Of a DNA stretch of 64,000 nt, positions 1-12,304 are shown in pieces; positions within the stretch are counted from its first letter, which is position 1; each line of letters opens with the position of its first letter. Below the pieces are notes generated by a model. The model was not told where the DNA came from, did no database searches, and saw nothing but the letters and a program-made list of their open reading frames with translations. The position numbers and the translations under genes are program-made. This DNA comes from Bdellovibrionota bacterium (GTDB lineage Bacteria > Bdellovibrionota_C > UBA2361 > JAAYZI01), in contig JBMNIF010000002.1 in NCBI GenBank assembly GCA_050950765.1, positions 608,001-672,000 of the forward strand, given 5' to 3'.

Positions 1-48
1 GGCGATGAGTCTTACATCGGAATAGTCATGCCGGTGCGTTTATCATAA
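1..48 (+). CDS. dnaN: DNA polymerase III beta clamp, 3' end only (partial)
   Basis: Frame 1 reads GDESYIGIVMPVRLS*, matching the DnaN C-terminal Y-x-x-x-x-M-P-x-R-L motif; lies directly upstream of recF. Confidence 0.85.
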   Translation, partial: GDESYIGIVMPVRLS

Positions 49-120
49 AAAATTCAGCGAATAGCAGCGCTTGAAATGTAATAATCAATGTGTTGATGTT
101 ATAAGGTGTGATGGCTGCAA

Positions 121-1227
121 GTGTATGTTGAAAAATTAAAATTATATAACTTTAGAAATTTTGAGGATTTTTCAGCAACATTTTCCAATAATGTCAACTT
201 TATTATCGGTGATAATGCTCAAGGTAAGACTAATCTAATAGAAGCAATTAACGTTATTAGTACAACTAAATCATTTAGGACATCTCAAATTAAAGATCTG
301 ATAACGTGGAATAAACACGAGATGTCTGTTTTTTTAACATTGCACGGCAATCTAGTTGACCAAGATCTCTGTTTTTCAGTGAGTAAAAAAGGTAGACAAG
401 CTTATGTAAACGGCGAAAAATGTGCAGCAACTGATTTTATTTCACGACTTTGCTGCGTGGCTTTTTCACCAACAGATTTAACTTTAATAAAAGGCTCTCC
501 TGAAGAACGGCGTAAGTTTATTGATAGGCATATCGTTGATATCTGGGGTTATTTAATAAAAGATATGCTTGAATATAATCGTGCTCTTAAAAGTAAAAAT
601 GCAATTTTAAAAACTCCACATCCAACACCCGCTATGATCTCAGTTTGGAATGAGATTATGGCGCGTACGGCGGTTAATATTATCAATGCTAGACGTACTT
701 TTTTATTACGTTTGGAAAAAAATGCTAATCTTGTACACGCTCTCTTTGGTGCAAATGATGGTAGATTATCATTAAGATTAAAAACAAATTTTGGAAGTGA
801 TGATAAGGAAGTAACACAAGAAGAAATTTTAAAAAAATTAAATGATAACATCAGTAGAGAACTTGCCTTACAAACAAGTTTAATAGGTCCGCACCGCGAT
901 GATGTTATTATTAAACTTAACGAACACGATGCTAAAGCTTTTGCTTCGCAAGGGCAGACCCGTAGTGTAGTGCTTTCTTTAAAACTAGGGGTGATTGCAC
1001 TCCTTGAAAGTGAAAGAAAAGACCCACCGGTGCTACTACTTGATGATGTTGATTCAGAGCTTGATGAAAAAAGGCGTGAAGCTTTTTTTGATTTTATCTT
1101 ATCAAGTCCGAGACAGGTTTTTATTACAGGAACAGATGCCGAAATAGTAAAAAGATGTCGTAATGCACAGTGTCAAACGATGTATTTTAAAAACGGTAAG
1201 TTGATTACCGACTCTTGTCTTAAGTGA
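121..1227 (+). CDS. recF: DNA replication/repair protein RecF
   Basis: Walker A GDNAQGKTN, GPHRDD, ASQGQ and LLLDDVDSELD motifs; 368 aa. Confidence 0.97.
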   Translation: MYVEKLKLYNFRNFEDFSATFSNNVNFIIGDNAQGKTNLIEAINVISTTKSFRTSQIKDLITWNKHEMSVFLTLHGNLVDQDLCFSVSKKGRQAYVNGEKCAATDFISRLCCVAFSPTDLTLIKGSPEERRKFIDRHIVDIWGYLIKDMLEYNRALKSKNAILKTPHPTPAMISVWNEIMARTAVNIINARRTFLLRLEKNANLVHALFGANDGRLSLRLKTNFGSDDKEVTQEEILKKLNDNISRELALQTSLIGPHRDDVIIKLNEHDAKAFASQGQTRSVVLSLKLGVIALLESERKDPPVLLLDDVDSELDEKRREAFFDFILSSPRQVFITGTDAEIVKRCRNAQCQTMYFKNGKLITDSCLK

Positions 1228-1298
1228 GTAAAGATAGAAGTGTTGATTTTAGGGTAAGAAAAAAATTTTATTTTAACAGCACAAAACAAAACTTCTTA

Positions 1299-2039
1299 TT
1301 ACTCTTGTTTAGAAGTTACTCGTGCTAAGTGATTAAATACGGAAAGTAAGATCCCAAGCTCTCTTTCATCAGGCTGCATGCGTCGAATTAAATTACTCAA
1401 AATACGTTTTACGGCAGGAGAAGAGCTTTTGTGATAAAAACCAGAATTATTTAAAAGTTCGTCTATAAAATTATCTAAATATTTTAGCCCTTCTGCTGTG
1501 GCGGGTTTCTGACCTTTTACAACGACGTGACGTTCAGTGCTAAGTGTGCTTCTGTAAATTTCAAAAAGTGCTAATAAAACACCTTGTGCAAGGTTATAAG
1601 AGGGGTTCTCTTTAGAAGCTGGTATTTTAACTAAAGCACGACAACGGGTAAGGTGTTCGTTACGTAACCCCGTTCTTTCATTGCCAAAAAGAAGCGCAAT
1701 GCGTGAACCTTCAGGTATAACTTTAAAAGTCTCACTCCACGCCGTTAGAAAAAACTGCTCTCTCCTATTTCTACTCTCTCTAGCAGAAAAACCGATAACA
1801 TCTGTCATCTCTTGTAATGCTTGATCTAATGTTTGATAGATTTTGGTATCATTTAAAAGATGAGCTGCCCAACAGGCACTCCAAGCTGCTTTTTCAGGAT
1901 CATAATTTAGAGGCGACACTAAGTGTAGGTGCTTAAAGCCGCAATTTAACATGGCACGCGCTACACAACCGATATTAATACTATCTTCTGGTTCAACTAA
2001 AACAATATGAAAAAAATCTTGAACAGCAACTGCTGACAT
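1299..2039 (-). CDS. TrmJ/LasT-type SPOUT RNA methyltransferase
   Basis: IVLVEP..NIG..ARAM.N.G, LLFGNERTGL and PSYNLAQ motifs. Confidence 0.9.
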   Translation of the reverse strand: MSAVAVQDFFHIVLVEPEDSINIGCVARAMLNCGFKHLHLVSPLNYDPEKAAWSACWAAHLLNDTKIYQTLDQALQEMTDVIGFSARESRNRREQFFLTAWSETFKVIPEGSRIALLFGNERTGLRNEHLTRCRALVKIPASKENPSYNLAQGVLLALFEIYRSTLSTERHVVVKGQKPATAEGLKYLDNFIDELLNNSGFYHKSSSPAVKRILSNLIRRMQPDERELGILLSVFNHLARVTSKQE

Positions 2040-2048
2040 TTTAAAACT

Positions 2049-2459
2049 TTACATCTTTGTTATCTGTTGTAGCGCATTAACGTATAATAACCGTTTTTTT
2101 GCTGCAAAGATCTTTGAATCATCAAAGGAGCCTTTTGCAATAATAGATTCCAGCTCTTTTTTTTCAATAATAAAATCTATGTCACAGGTATCAGGTAAGT
2201 CAGCAAGATCTGCTACAACAGTTAAGCAATTATCGTCAAAAGCACAAACTCCTTCAGAAACAGCAACTCCGGAGATTTTATTTGATGGGTGTAAAGCATA
2301 CTCTAAAACCCCCGTACCTAGCACGCCGATATAACGGGTGTGTTGTGGTAAAATACCGATCTGCCCTTCTTTTGAAGGTAATGTGACACCACTGCTGAAT
2401 TTTTCGAGCAACAGACCATTTGGTGTAAATATCTTTATTAGAAAGTTGTCTGTCGACAT
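2049..2459 (-). CDS. atpC: ATP synthase F1 epsilon subunit
   Basis: IFTPNG, LPSKEGQIGILPQH motif; last gene of the atp operon. Confidence 0.9.
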   Translation of the reverse strand: MSTDNFLIKIFTPNGLLLEKFSSGVTLPSKEGQIGILPQHTRYIGVLGTGVLEYALHPSNKISGVAVSEGVCAFDDNCLTVVADLADLPDTCDIDFIIEKKELESIIAKGSFDDSKIFAAKKRLLYVNALQQITKM

Positions 2460-2577
2460 ATCTTTACCCTTTGTTGCAATGAGCAGGAATAAAAGCGTTA
2501 TTTAATATTTCTAGTTAAAAGTATCTTAGAGGTGGAGGCTTGTTTTTAAAGAACCCCACACCTCCTTTTACAGAGCA

Positions 2578-4038
<1,461 letters not shown>

Positions 4039-4056
4039 TTATAAAAAACTCCCGTG

Positions 4057-4935
4057 CTATTTCTTTACAGAAGACCCGCCAATAATATCTAAGATATCAT
4101 TAGTGATACTGCTCTGACGTAGCTTGTTATGTGTAATCACTAGCGAATCAATAAGCTCTCCAGCGTTATGAGTTGCAGAATCCATCGCTGTCATACGACT
4201 ACCCTGCTCACTAGCTTTCGCTTCTAAGCACACTAATAATAATTTAGCTTGTGCATACCTCGGCATCAAAGTAGCAACAACCTCTTCTGCAGATGGCTCG
4301 TAAAGAATTTTATTGTTAGCTCGATCGGATATGTTATGAAAATCAGTAGAGAACGGTAAGAGCTTTTCTATCGAAGGAGTGACAGACATAGCTGATTGAA
4401 AGCGGGTGAATAAAACTGTTACTTCATCAATCTCTTGATTGATGAAAGCACTTTCTGCACTGTCATATATTTCGGAAAGAGGCCACTCTTCAACATTATC
4501 AGAGAGGTCTTCATAGTCTGAAATATAATTATACCCTTTACGTTTGCAATATTCAGCAGGTTTTGTACCGATTACTACGATCTCAATTTCAACACCTTTT
4601 TGATACCGTGTTAAAGCTTTATCAAGCAAGCGATTTAAATTGGAATTGTAAGCACCGCACAAACCACGCCTTCCACCTATTACGATTAAACGCACACGAC
4701 GGATCTCTTGACGTGCTTTCATAATAGGGTGCGGGAGCGTAGCTGCTTCCTGTGTTCGTTCCACGATAATACGTTGCAGTAGTGATTCAAGAGCAGTTGC
4801 GTATTCACGCGTTTGCAACAAAGCATCTTGAACTTTACGCAACTTTGCAGCTGACACTAGTTTCATGGCGTAAGTAATCTTTTCAGTATTCTTTACCGAT
4901 CTTATTCTACGTTTTATCTCTTTCAATCCTGCCAT
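4057..4935 (-). CDS. atpG: ATP synthase F1 gamma subunit
   Basis: KITYAMKLVSAAKL, RGLCGAYN and SEQGSRMTAMDSAT motifs. Confidence 0.98.
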   Translation of the reverse strand: MAGLKEIKRRIRSVKNTEKITYAMKLVSAAKLRKVQDALLQTREYATALESLLQRIIVERTQEAATLPHPIMKARQEIRRVRLIVIGGRRGLCGAYNSNLNRLLDKALTRYQKGVEIEIVVIGTKPAEYCKRKGYNYISDYEDLSDNVEEWPLSEIYDSAESAFINQEIDEVTVLFTRFQSAMSVTPSIEKLLPFSTDFHNISDRANNKILYEPSAEEVVATLMPRYAQAKLLLVCLEAKASEQGSRMTAMDSATHNAGELIDSLVITHNKLRQSSITNDILDIIGGSSVKK

Positions 4936-4980
4936 ATCTTCTCGCTTTAGGTATTAACTTTACTTTAATATCCTCCGATA

Positions 4981-6558
4981 TTAGGCGACTGCAGATTCTG
5001 CATCATCTGAAAGATCGCTATACTGTGTCTCAACACCTTCTACCTGAAGCCCTTGAGAAAACTCCGCTGCAAAGTCTTTAATAGCAGCAAGGAGGGTGTT
5101 TTCCATATCGTTATCCATCTCACCTGTTTCGTGTAGCTTCTCTAAAAGTTCAGTATGAGTTTCCGTTAAGTGAGCGTGTAGAGCAGCTTCAAAAGGAAGA
5201 ACTTCATTAACAGGTAAGGTATCAGTAGCACCACTATTTACAGCCAAAATAGAAACGATCTGTAATTCAACTGGCATCGGTTGATATTGTCCCTGTTTTA
5301 AAATTTCAACCAAGCGTTCGCCGCGAGCAAGTTGAGCTTGTGTGGCAGCGTCTAGATCAGAACCGAACTGTGCGAAAGCCTGCATTTCACGATACTGCGC
5401 TAAGCTGATACGTAATGTTCCAGCTATCTTTTTCATAGCTTTAACTTGTGCTGCACCACCTACACGAGAAACGGAAAGTCCGACGTTAACAGCAGGACGT
5501 ATACCGGAATAGAAGAGGTCTGATTCAAGATAGATCTGCCCATCAGTGATGGAGATAACATTCGTCGGAATATATGCAGAAACATCACCTTCTTGTGTTT
5601 CAATAATAGGCAGAGCCGTTAAAGACCCACCACCGTTTTTACTATCGAGTTTAGCAGCACGCTCCAATAATCTGGAATGCAGATAGAAGACGTCACCAGG
5701 ATACGCTTCACGACCTGGTGGGCGGCGTAGTAGTAACGACATTGAACGGTAAGCTTGAGCATGTTTTGAAAGATCATCAAATACGATCAGAGCGTGACCG
5801 CCAGATTCCATAAAGTATTCACCGACAGAGCATCCTGTAAAAGCTGCTAAGTAATTTAACGGTGCTGCCTCAGATGCCGTAGCTGCTACCACTATGGTAT
5901 GCTTCATCGCATCGTGCTCCTTTAATTTTTCAATTACTTGAGCCACAGAAGAACGTTTCTGAGCGATAGCAACATAAATACAGATCACACCGGTATCTTT
6001 TTGATTTATAATTGTATCAATAGCTACCGCTGTTTTTCCTGTTTTACGGTCTCCGATAATTAACTCACGTTGTCCACGTCCAATTGGAGTCATGGCATCA
6101 ATAGCTTTTAAACCCGTTTGCAAAGGTTCATGCACAGACTGTCTTCTAACAATACCTGGGGCTTTAATATCCAGCCTTCTTGTTTCTTGTGTATGAATAG
6201 GACCTAAGCCATCAACTGGATTGCCAAGTGCATCAATAACACGACCTATTAAAGCTTTACCCACAGGAACATCAGCGATACGTCCTGTTCTCTTAACGGA
6301 ATCTCCCTCTTTAACTTTTGCGGTATTGCCCATAACAACAGCACCGACGTTATCTTCTTCTAGGTTCAGAGCGATCCCTTTAACGCCACTTGAAAACTCC
6401 ACTAATTCACCAGCAGCGACGTTACGTAAACCGTGCACACGTGCCACTCCGTCACCTATATAAATTACAGAGCCTGTTTCGCTCATATCGGTAATAGCAG
6501 AAAACTTACCGATTTTTTCTTTTAATAACCTACTAATCTCTTCAGCTTTATTTGTCAT
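4981..6558 (-). CDS. atpA: ATP synthase F1 alpha subunit
   Basis: [17 protein letters not shown] and [23 protein letters not shown] motifs. Confidence 0.99.
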   Translation of the reverse strand: MTNKAEEISRLLKEKIGKFSAITDMSETGSVIYIGDGVARVHGLRNVAAGELVEFSSGVKGIALNLEEDNVGAVVMGNTAKVKEGDSVKRTGRIADVPVGKALIGRVIDALGNPVDGLGPIHTQETRRLDIKAPGIVRRQSVHEPLQTGLKAIDAMTPIGRGQRELIIGDRKTGKTAVAIDTIINQKDTGVICIYVAIAQKRSSVAQVIEKLKEHDAMKHTIVVAATASEAAPLNYLAAFTGCSVGEYFMESGGHALIVFDDLSKHAQAYRSMSLLLRRPPGREAYPGDVFYLHSRLLERAAKLDSKNGGGSLTALPIIETQEGDVSAYIPTNVISITDGQIYLESDLFYSGIRPAVNVGLSVSRVGGAAQVKAMKKIAGTLRISLAQYREMQAFAQFGSDLDAATQAQLARGERLVEILKQGQYQPMPVELQIVSILAVNSGATDTLPVNEVLPFEAALHAHLTETHTELLEKLHETGEMDNDMENTLLAAIKDFAAEFSQGLQVEGVETQYSDLSDDAESAVA

Positions 6559-6690
6559 AATTTAAACCCTTAATGTCGTATTACATAATGTCATATCAAA
6601 ACTTTGTTTCGGACAAAGTGTACAACATACCAAAAACAAAATTCAGAGTATCGTTTTTTACATGAGACTTTACTCTTTAAACTCCTTAAT

Positions 6691-7236
6691 TTATGCCAAT
6701 AAATCGTGTTTAATCCTCTCCAAAGCACCACTAAGTGAATTATCAATTACAGTGTCACCTATCTTAACAACTAAACCGCCGATCAGGTCTTGATCTACTT
6801 GCCATGTAATTTCAAGCTCTGTTGATAAAGCGTGTTCCATAGCGAGCTTTAATTCAGCACGCTCTTCTTCAAGAAGGGGAAAAGCTGAGGTTACACTTAT
6901 AGCTAAAATTCCTTGTGACTTCTGAAGTAGTGCCGTGTAATGCGCTACGATATTTTTTAGCCCTGCAAGACGTCTGTTTGCAGCGATCTCCATGATGAAG
7001 TCCATCATGACCTGATCTCCAGGACAAAACTGCTGCATGGTGTCACAAAGAAGTTTGTTGCGTTCCCATTCTGGGAAAAGAGGGTTTTCAACTAATTGCC
7101 GCATCTCTGGAACGTTATCTAAAATCTTAAGCCAACTTTTTAAAACATCCCTACGCCACTCCCGATCTGGAGCAGCGCTCAATTCAAAAAGCGCTTCGGC
7201 ATATTTACGTTCTACTTTTTCTGATCTACGTGACAT
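6691..7236 (-). CDS. atpH: ATP synthase F1 delta subunit
   Basis: RKYAEALF and DLIGGLVVKIGDTVIDNS; start moved to the ATG at 7236 (MSRRS) to avoid overlapping atpF. Confidence 0.9.
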   Translation of the reverse strand: MSRRSEKVERKYAEALFELSAAPDREWRRDVLKSWLKILDNVPEMRQLVENPLFPEWERNKLLCDTMQQFCPGDQVMMDFIMEIAANRRLAGLKNIVAHYTALLQKSQGILAISVTSAFPLLEEERAELKLAMEHALSTELEITWQVDQDLIGGLVVKIGDTVIDNSLSGALERIKHDLLA

Positions 7237-7240
7237 AAAT

Positions 7241-7834
7241 TTAATTCCCAAAACTTTTAGCAGAGTGTTCAGCTTTCCAAAGGCGTAACATATCAACTGT
7301 TGCAAAACGTCTGACCTTATCACTTGCGTAAGAGTTGTCTAACTTTAAACGATTTGCTGTTTGCTTGATAATGTTTTCTACCAATTCATTTTTAACACCT
7401 TTTTCTGAAGTGGCGCGCTCCAATTCAGCGTGATTTTTCGCTTGATTGATAAGAGCATTAGCTTTGTTTTGTGCTGCCTGTAAAAGCCTAGCACTTTCTA
7501 CTTCTGTTTCCTGTTTAATTTTCTCAATAACATCTGCGATGGCTTGATCTAAATTATCAATATTTGTACGAGCAAGCATTAAACGTTCTTCTGCATTTAA
7601 AAGAGCTGTGTTGGCATCCGCAATCCCTTTTTCTACGGAATCGCCACGCGTTTTCCAAGAAGTTTTTATCGGATTTCCTGCAAAGAAATTAATAAAAAGT
7701 ATAATTGCGATAAAAATAAGGAGATCGATACTTTGCCAGATCAGGAGATAATACGGAGAGTGTTCTGCCTCTGAAGCAAAAGCTGAAAGGGGTATAAGCA
7801 AAATTAAAATAAGTGCTATTCTGAGATGTTTCAT
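7241..7834 (-). CDS. atpF: ATP synthase Fo b subunit
   Basis: N-terminal hydrophobic segments followed by a coiled coil; positioned before atpH. Confidence 0.8.
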   Translation of the reverse strand: MKHLRIALILILLIPLSAFASEAEHSPYYLLIWQSIDLLIFIAIILFINFFAGNPIKTSWKTRGDSVEKGIADANTALLNAEERLMLARTNIDNLDQAIADVIEKIKQETEVESARLLQAAQNKANALINQAKNHAELERATSEKGVKNELVENIIKQTANRLKLDNSYASDKVRRFATVDMLRLWKAEHSAKSFGN

Positions 7835-8421
7835 CTAATGACCTCTTCAAGCGGTTCTTTCGATTGTAAAGTGTAAAGTAGAGCATCTGTTAGCTCTGCG
7901 TTGGTATGGGTTAGTTGTTGCTTTAACATGGCAGCATCATTTTTAATCTGATTACGTGCTGTAACTAAATTCTGTTCGGCACTAACTTGAGCTTGATTGA
8001 CAAGCTCTAAAGCTTGTTCTTCAACACGTGCTAACTCCTGCATCTTTTCTTTAACTGCTTCAATCTTGGTAGTAGTGATTGAGTTTTGAAATTCTTTTTC
8101 TAAAGCTAACGCTTCTGATTGTAACTTTTCTGATTTTTCAGTAACGCCAATAGTTACCGCTTCACGTTCTTCAAGTAGACTCATAAAAGGATCAAATAGG
8201 ATCTCCTTCATCTCTAACCAGAAGACGATGAAGAGTGCAGACCCGCAAGGAATCAACATAAGTTCCAGAGGAGTTAATTGAAAAATATCCTCTGCGAATT
8301 TTAAAAACTGCTCTGTATTGATGTAGACAATATAAACAGCATAAGCTGCCAGCGCCAGTAAGATCACGCCCACTACGGAATCTGCGAGACCGCTCTTCTT
8401 GCTATTAACATTATGACTCAT
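7831..8421 (-). CDS. ATP synthase Fo b' subunit
   Basis: TM segments, ILFDPFMSLLEERE, then a coiled coil; 4-nt overlap with atpF. Confidence 0.8.
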   Translation of the reverse strand: MSHNVNSKKSGLADSVVGVILLALAAYAVYIVYINTEQFLKFAEDIFQLTPLELMLIPCGSALFIVFWLEMKEILFDPFMSLLEEREAVTIGVTEKSEKLQSEALALEKEFQNSITTTKIEAVKEKMQELARVEEQALELVNQAQVSAEQNLVTARNQIKNDAAMLKQQLTHTNAELTDALLYTLQSKEPLEEVIR

Positions 8422-8447
8422 AACAAAATGTTACTCATGCAAGCCAT

Positions 8448-8903
8448 TCAACACTTCTCTTTTGAACTTCCCTGTGTTGTTGAATGCTCCATGTAGCAAC
8501 CCCCTTGAAAAACTACACCTTCATCCATACTTAAAAGCGGTGTTCTGATGTTTCCTATAACCTGTGCGGGATGTTTAAGTGATAAACGTTTTGTTACTTC
8601 AATATCACCTTTTACATACCCCATAACGGTAACATCTTGCCCCGTTATTTTTGCTTTTAGGGTTGCTGATTTTCCGACAATTAATACACCTTCTGATACA
8701 ACCTCACCGTCGATATCACCATCAACCTCTGCGACACCCTCGAAGTATATCTGTCCGACCGCTTTAGAGCCCTTTCCAAAAACAGAATTGGAAGAAGTTG
8801 CTCCCGATTGAGTCTTTACGAAATCACGCATCTTTGATGTTTCATTTGTTGCGGGAGATGTCTCGGCATCACCTTTAAACTCTTTGAATTTACCAAAAGA
8901 CAT
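8448..8903 (-). CDS. Bactofilin (polymer-forming cytoskeletal protein)
   Basis: Beta-helix repeats VDGDIDGEV..LIVGKSA..VTVMGYVKGDI..VIGNI..GVVFQGGC; lies between parB and the atp genes. Confidence 0.9.
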   Translation of the reverse strand: MSFGKFKEFKGDAETSPATNETSKMRDFVKTQSGATSSNSVFGKGSKAVGQIYFEGVAEVDGDIDGEVVSEGVLIVGKSATLKAKITGQDVTVMGYVKGDIEVTKRLSLKHPAQVIGNIRTPLLSMDEGVVFQGGCYMEHSTTQGSSKEKC

Positions 8904-9277
8904 GATTCGTATATTCCAAAAACAGATACAACAATCTCAAGACAGCAATAGAGATTATGCAATACTTTTTGCACTGCCAAAACTAACGTTTATACATGAC
9001 CTCTGTCAAACATGATTTTCAATATCTAGTCATATTAGAACTGCTTTATAAAGTTTTTGGTGCTGGAAAAAAGGAGGGGGATAGGTACGAGGTTTTATTA
9101 AGTGGGTGGCTTTCTGATTTTTTACCTCTTTAGTCTAAGTGGCAGAGCTTTTTTGTGACTAGTTTTTTACCTTTTTGGTTTAAGCGGTAGAGCGTTATTT
9201 GAGAGCGATTTTTCACCTAATGTTACGGTTCTGAATTAAAGTACAGGTCGTTTTTTACTAATACTGAAATTTGGCGT

Positions 9278-9536
9278 TTTTTCTGATTATAAGAAGGTAG
9301 ATAGGTTAATTTTAAACTTTATGGGCAACTCTTTTTCCTAGCTTTTTTGCCAACCTTACAGAAACGGCTTAATGTTAAGCTTTATAATTGATGTTTTTTC
9401 CTAGCTTTTTCTGATTGAGAGAAGATAGCTCAACTTTAAACTTTATGGATAACACTTTTTTCCTAGTTCTTTCTGATTGTAAGAAGGTAGCTTAACTTTA
9501 AACTTTATGGACGACACTTTATTTCCCTAGCTTTTT
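9278..9536. repeat. Degenerate tandem repeat, ~62-64 bp unit, ~4 copies
   Basis: CCTAG anchors at 9337, 9400, 9462 and 9526; unit resembles TTTTCCTAGCTTTTTCTGATTNTAAGAAGGTAGCTTAACTTTAAACTTTATGG. Confidence 0.85.
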
Positions 9537-9635
9537 GCGCCCTGCCCTACCCCCCACCGTTTTTTACGAGGGTAAGAAAAAATAACGTAGGGATAAGGTA
9601 AAATCAGCCGCTGATTAGTTATCCAAGTATAAAAA

Positions 9636-9806
9636 CTAAGCCGCTACTTCAATTGTAATATCGTTACAGGTAAAAAGATCTAGTTGCTATCCCAACTACA
9701 ACACCGTTACAGGTAAAAGACCCTAGCTGTTATCCCAATTACAACACCGTTACAGGTAAAAGACTTAGCTACTACTTCAGCTACAACACCGTTACAGGTA
9801 AAAAGG
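9636..9806. repeat. Tandem repeat, 42-43 bp unit, 4 copies, abutting the parB stop
   Basis: CGTTACAGGTAAAA at 9662, 9705, 9748 and 9790. Confidence 0.9.
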
Positions 9807-9807
9807 G

Positions 9808-10782
9808 TTAGTCTAAACATAAAAGATCTACTAGTCGCTCCAACTCCTCCTCTGAAAAGTAAGAGATTTCGATCTTCCCCTTCCCTGTTTTATGGTGTGA
9901 GATCATAACTTTTGTACCGAGGGCTTTTCTTAAGCGGTCTGTGATCTCGGGGAAGCTAGATTGTTTTATCTTTTTATGAGAATCGCGCCTATCCTTACCG
10001 AGAACGATAACACGAGAGACGATCTCTTCCAGTTTTCTAACGGAGAGGTTCTCTTCAACAACTTTTTTAGCGAGGTTTCTCTGAACGGAGGGTTCTTTTA
10101 CCGCTAAAATGGCCTTAGCGTGTCCAAGTGTTAGCTTGTCATCAGTGATAAGTTGGATAACTTCATCAGGAAGTTTTAAGATACGCATCATATTTGTAAT
10201 GCTTGAACGATCTTTTCCAACACGATCGGCGATCTCTTGTTGCGTTAAACTATATCTATCTGCTAAGTGCTGATAAGCACGAGCTTCTTCAACAGGATTC
10301 AGATCGTCTCTCTGAACATTTTCAATGATAGAGAGTTCGTAGCTCTCTTCATCCGATAAATCTTTAATAATTACAGGTAGTTGCTTAAGACCAGCCCTAT
10401 CTGCTGCCCGCCAGCGTCTCTCTCCCGCCACTATCTGATACTTACCATCTGCTAGCGGACGAACTATAATCGGCTGCAAAACTCCGTGTCTGGTGATGGA
10501 AGCCGCCAACTCTGCTAACTCTGATTCTTTAAAATCTTGTCTCGGTTGCGCGGCATTGTTTTCAACCTTACTGATATCAACGAAAGTTAATCCTTCCGGT
10601 AACGGTTTCTTTTCAGGTGTTAGGTCTTCGTCGTTTAAAGCGACTGAATCTGAAAAGGTGCTTTCTAATTGTGGTGTATATACAGCAGTAGAGCCTGCTA
10701 TCGTTACAGCCGGTGTTGAAATAAGAGAGCTTAAGCCCCTACCCAAAGCTTTGCGAACTGGTTTCTTTTTTGTCTTGTCCAT
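9808..10782 (-). CDS. parB: Chromosome partitioning protein ParB
   Basis: ALGRGLSSLI, QPRQDF, IVAGERRWRA, ENVQRDDLNPVEEA and an HTH. Confidence 0.98.
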   Translation of the reverse strand: MDKTKKKPVRKALGRGLSSLISTPAVTIAGSTAVYTPQLESTFSDSVALNDEDLTPEKKPLPEGLTFVDISKVENNAAQPRQDFKESELAELAASITRHGVLQPIIVRPLADGKYQIVAGERRWRAADRAGLKQLPVIIKDLSDEESYELSIIENVQRDDLNPVEEARAYQHLADRYSLTQQEIADRVGKDRSSITNMMRILKLPDEVIQLITDDKLTLGHAKAILAVKEPSVQRNLAKKVVEENLSVRKLEEIVSRVIVLGKDRRDSHKKIKQSSFPEITDRLRKALGTKVMISHHKTGKGKIEISYFSEEELERLVDLLCLD

Positions 10783-10828
10783 GCCGTATTCTCCTTTAAA
10801 TTCAATAAGATCAATCCTCTTGAGGAAG

Positions 10829-11629
10829 TTATTCGTTAGCTGCTTCTTGCTTTATGTTGGTAATGTTAAAGCAACGTTGATCCAACTCTTCTGCAATGCT
10901 GCGATACGCCTTTGCGCCTGGTGAGTTCGGTGAATAGAGAGAGATGGGGAGCCCGTGGCTCGGGCACTCGGCTAGACGAATGTTGCGTGGCACCCTCTCT
11001 TTAAACATCAGGTCTTTAAAATAAGAAAACGCCTCTTCTTCAACCTGCGCTGAAAGGTTCGTTCTGATATCATACATAGTCAGAAAGACCCCAAGTAGAT
11101 TTAAGTGCGGATTGAATGTTTGTCTAACAAATTCAATAGTTTCCAAGAGTGCAGAGAGACCTTCTAAGGCATAGTATTCGGCTTGTAACGGAATAATAAT
11201 ATGCCCAGCAGCGCCCATCGCATTTAAAGTTAAAAGTCCTGAAGAGGGGGGACAGTCTATAATAATATAGTCAAAATGCTCACGCAAAAGCCGTGTTTGG
11301 GTGCGTAAAATCAATTCACGTCCAGGTGTTTTCCCCAACTCTATCTCAATAGCTACTAAATCTTTTGAAGCGGGCGCTATCGAAAGGTTTTCAATAGCGG
11401 TCTTCTTGATAATGTCGTTAAGGGAGATCTTATCAAAAAACATATCATAGATATCGGATCCCTCTTCGTTAATAGAGATTCCGAGACCGCTGGTAGCACT
11501 ACCTTGAGGGTCAAAGTCTACTAAAAGAACCTTTTTCCCAAGTATGGCTAATTCTGCAGAAAGATTGACGGCGCTGGTCGTTTTTCCAACACCACCCTTT
11601 TGATTTGAAATTGCAATAATATGAGTCAT
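10829..11629 (-). CDS. parA: Chromosome partitioning ATPase ParA/Soj
   Basis: NQKGGVGKTT, DFDPQG, IDCPP and QAEYYALEGL motifs. Confidence 0.98.
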   Translation of the reverse strand: MTHIIAISNQKGGVGKTTSAVNLSAELAILGKKVLLVDFDPQGSATSGLGISINEEGSDIYDMFFDKISLNDIIKKTAIENLSIAPASKDLVAIEIELGKTPGRELILRTQTRLLREHFDYIIIDCPPSSGLLTLNAMGAAGHIIIPLQAEYYALEGLSALLETIEFVRQTFNPHLNLLGVFLTMYDIRTNLSAQVEEEAFSYFKDLMFKERVPRNIRLAECPSHGLPISLYSPNSPGAKAYRSIAEELDQRCFNITNIKQEAANE

Positions 11630-11706
11630 AACGCCCCTCCCCTATGGAATGAATAAACAAATAACACACGTCGCCGCCGTTTCTCAATCTAAATCAAGAA
11701 AATAAA

Positions 11707-12132
11707 TGTTCCACGTGGAACATTTTCTTTAAAAGTGGTGAAAATTAAGAAAAACACCGAGCCGTGTTCCTTTTCTCATCTTGTAAGGGGCGTTTTGCAA
11801 AACAAGCTCTTCTCTCTGCGCGGTTTGTTTTTATTTGGCGCACATCAAAAAAACGCCCTCAGGGCGTTTTTTTAAGGATGGAAGATTGCGGGAGTAAAAT
11901 GTTCCACGTGGAACATTGGAAGGGGTTTTGTTTTTTAGATGGTACTGAGGGCGTTTTTTGCTTTTTGTTCCACGTGGAACAAAAAGACGGGTGAGGGTAG
12001 ATCGGTGAGTTTTGGTTTTTACCATTAATGTTCCACGTGGAACATTAATCTGTGAGTGGTGATTTAGTAGGTGAGGGCGTTTTTTTAGAAAAGCTCTTAG
12101 TTGGTGAGTGGTAAAATGTTCCACGTGGAACA
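11707..12132. promoter_or_regulatory. Cluster of five parS centromere sites
   Basis: Perfect TGTTCCACGTGGAACA at 11707-11722, 11900-11915, 11966-11981, 12029-12044 and 12117-12132, directly upstream of parA. Confidence 0.97.
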
Positions 12133-12304
12133 AAGGGGAGTGGAGACCTGCTGTAAAGCACCTAACCCCCGAGTTTTTCTATCTTTTTAACCTCCGTAGA
12201 AACCTAGCCGATTCGTTTTGTAGTTTTAGCCCGCTCTGTTGTCCTTGCAGGGTGAAGATTTTTGACCTCCGTCCAGATCTAGCTGGTTCCTTCCTTATAG
12301 TAGG

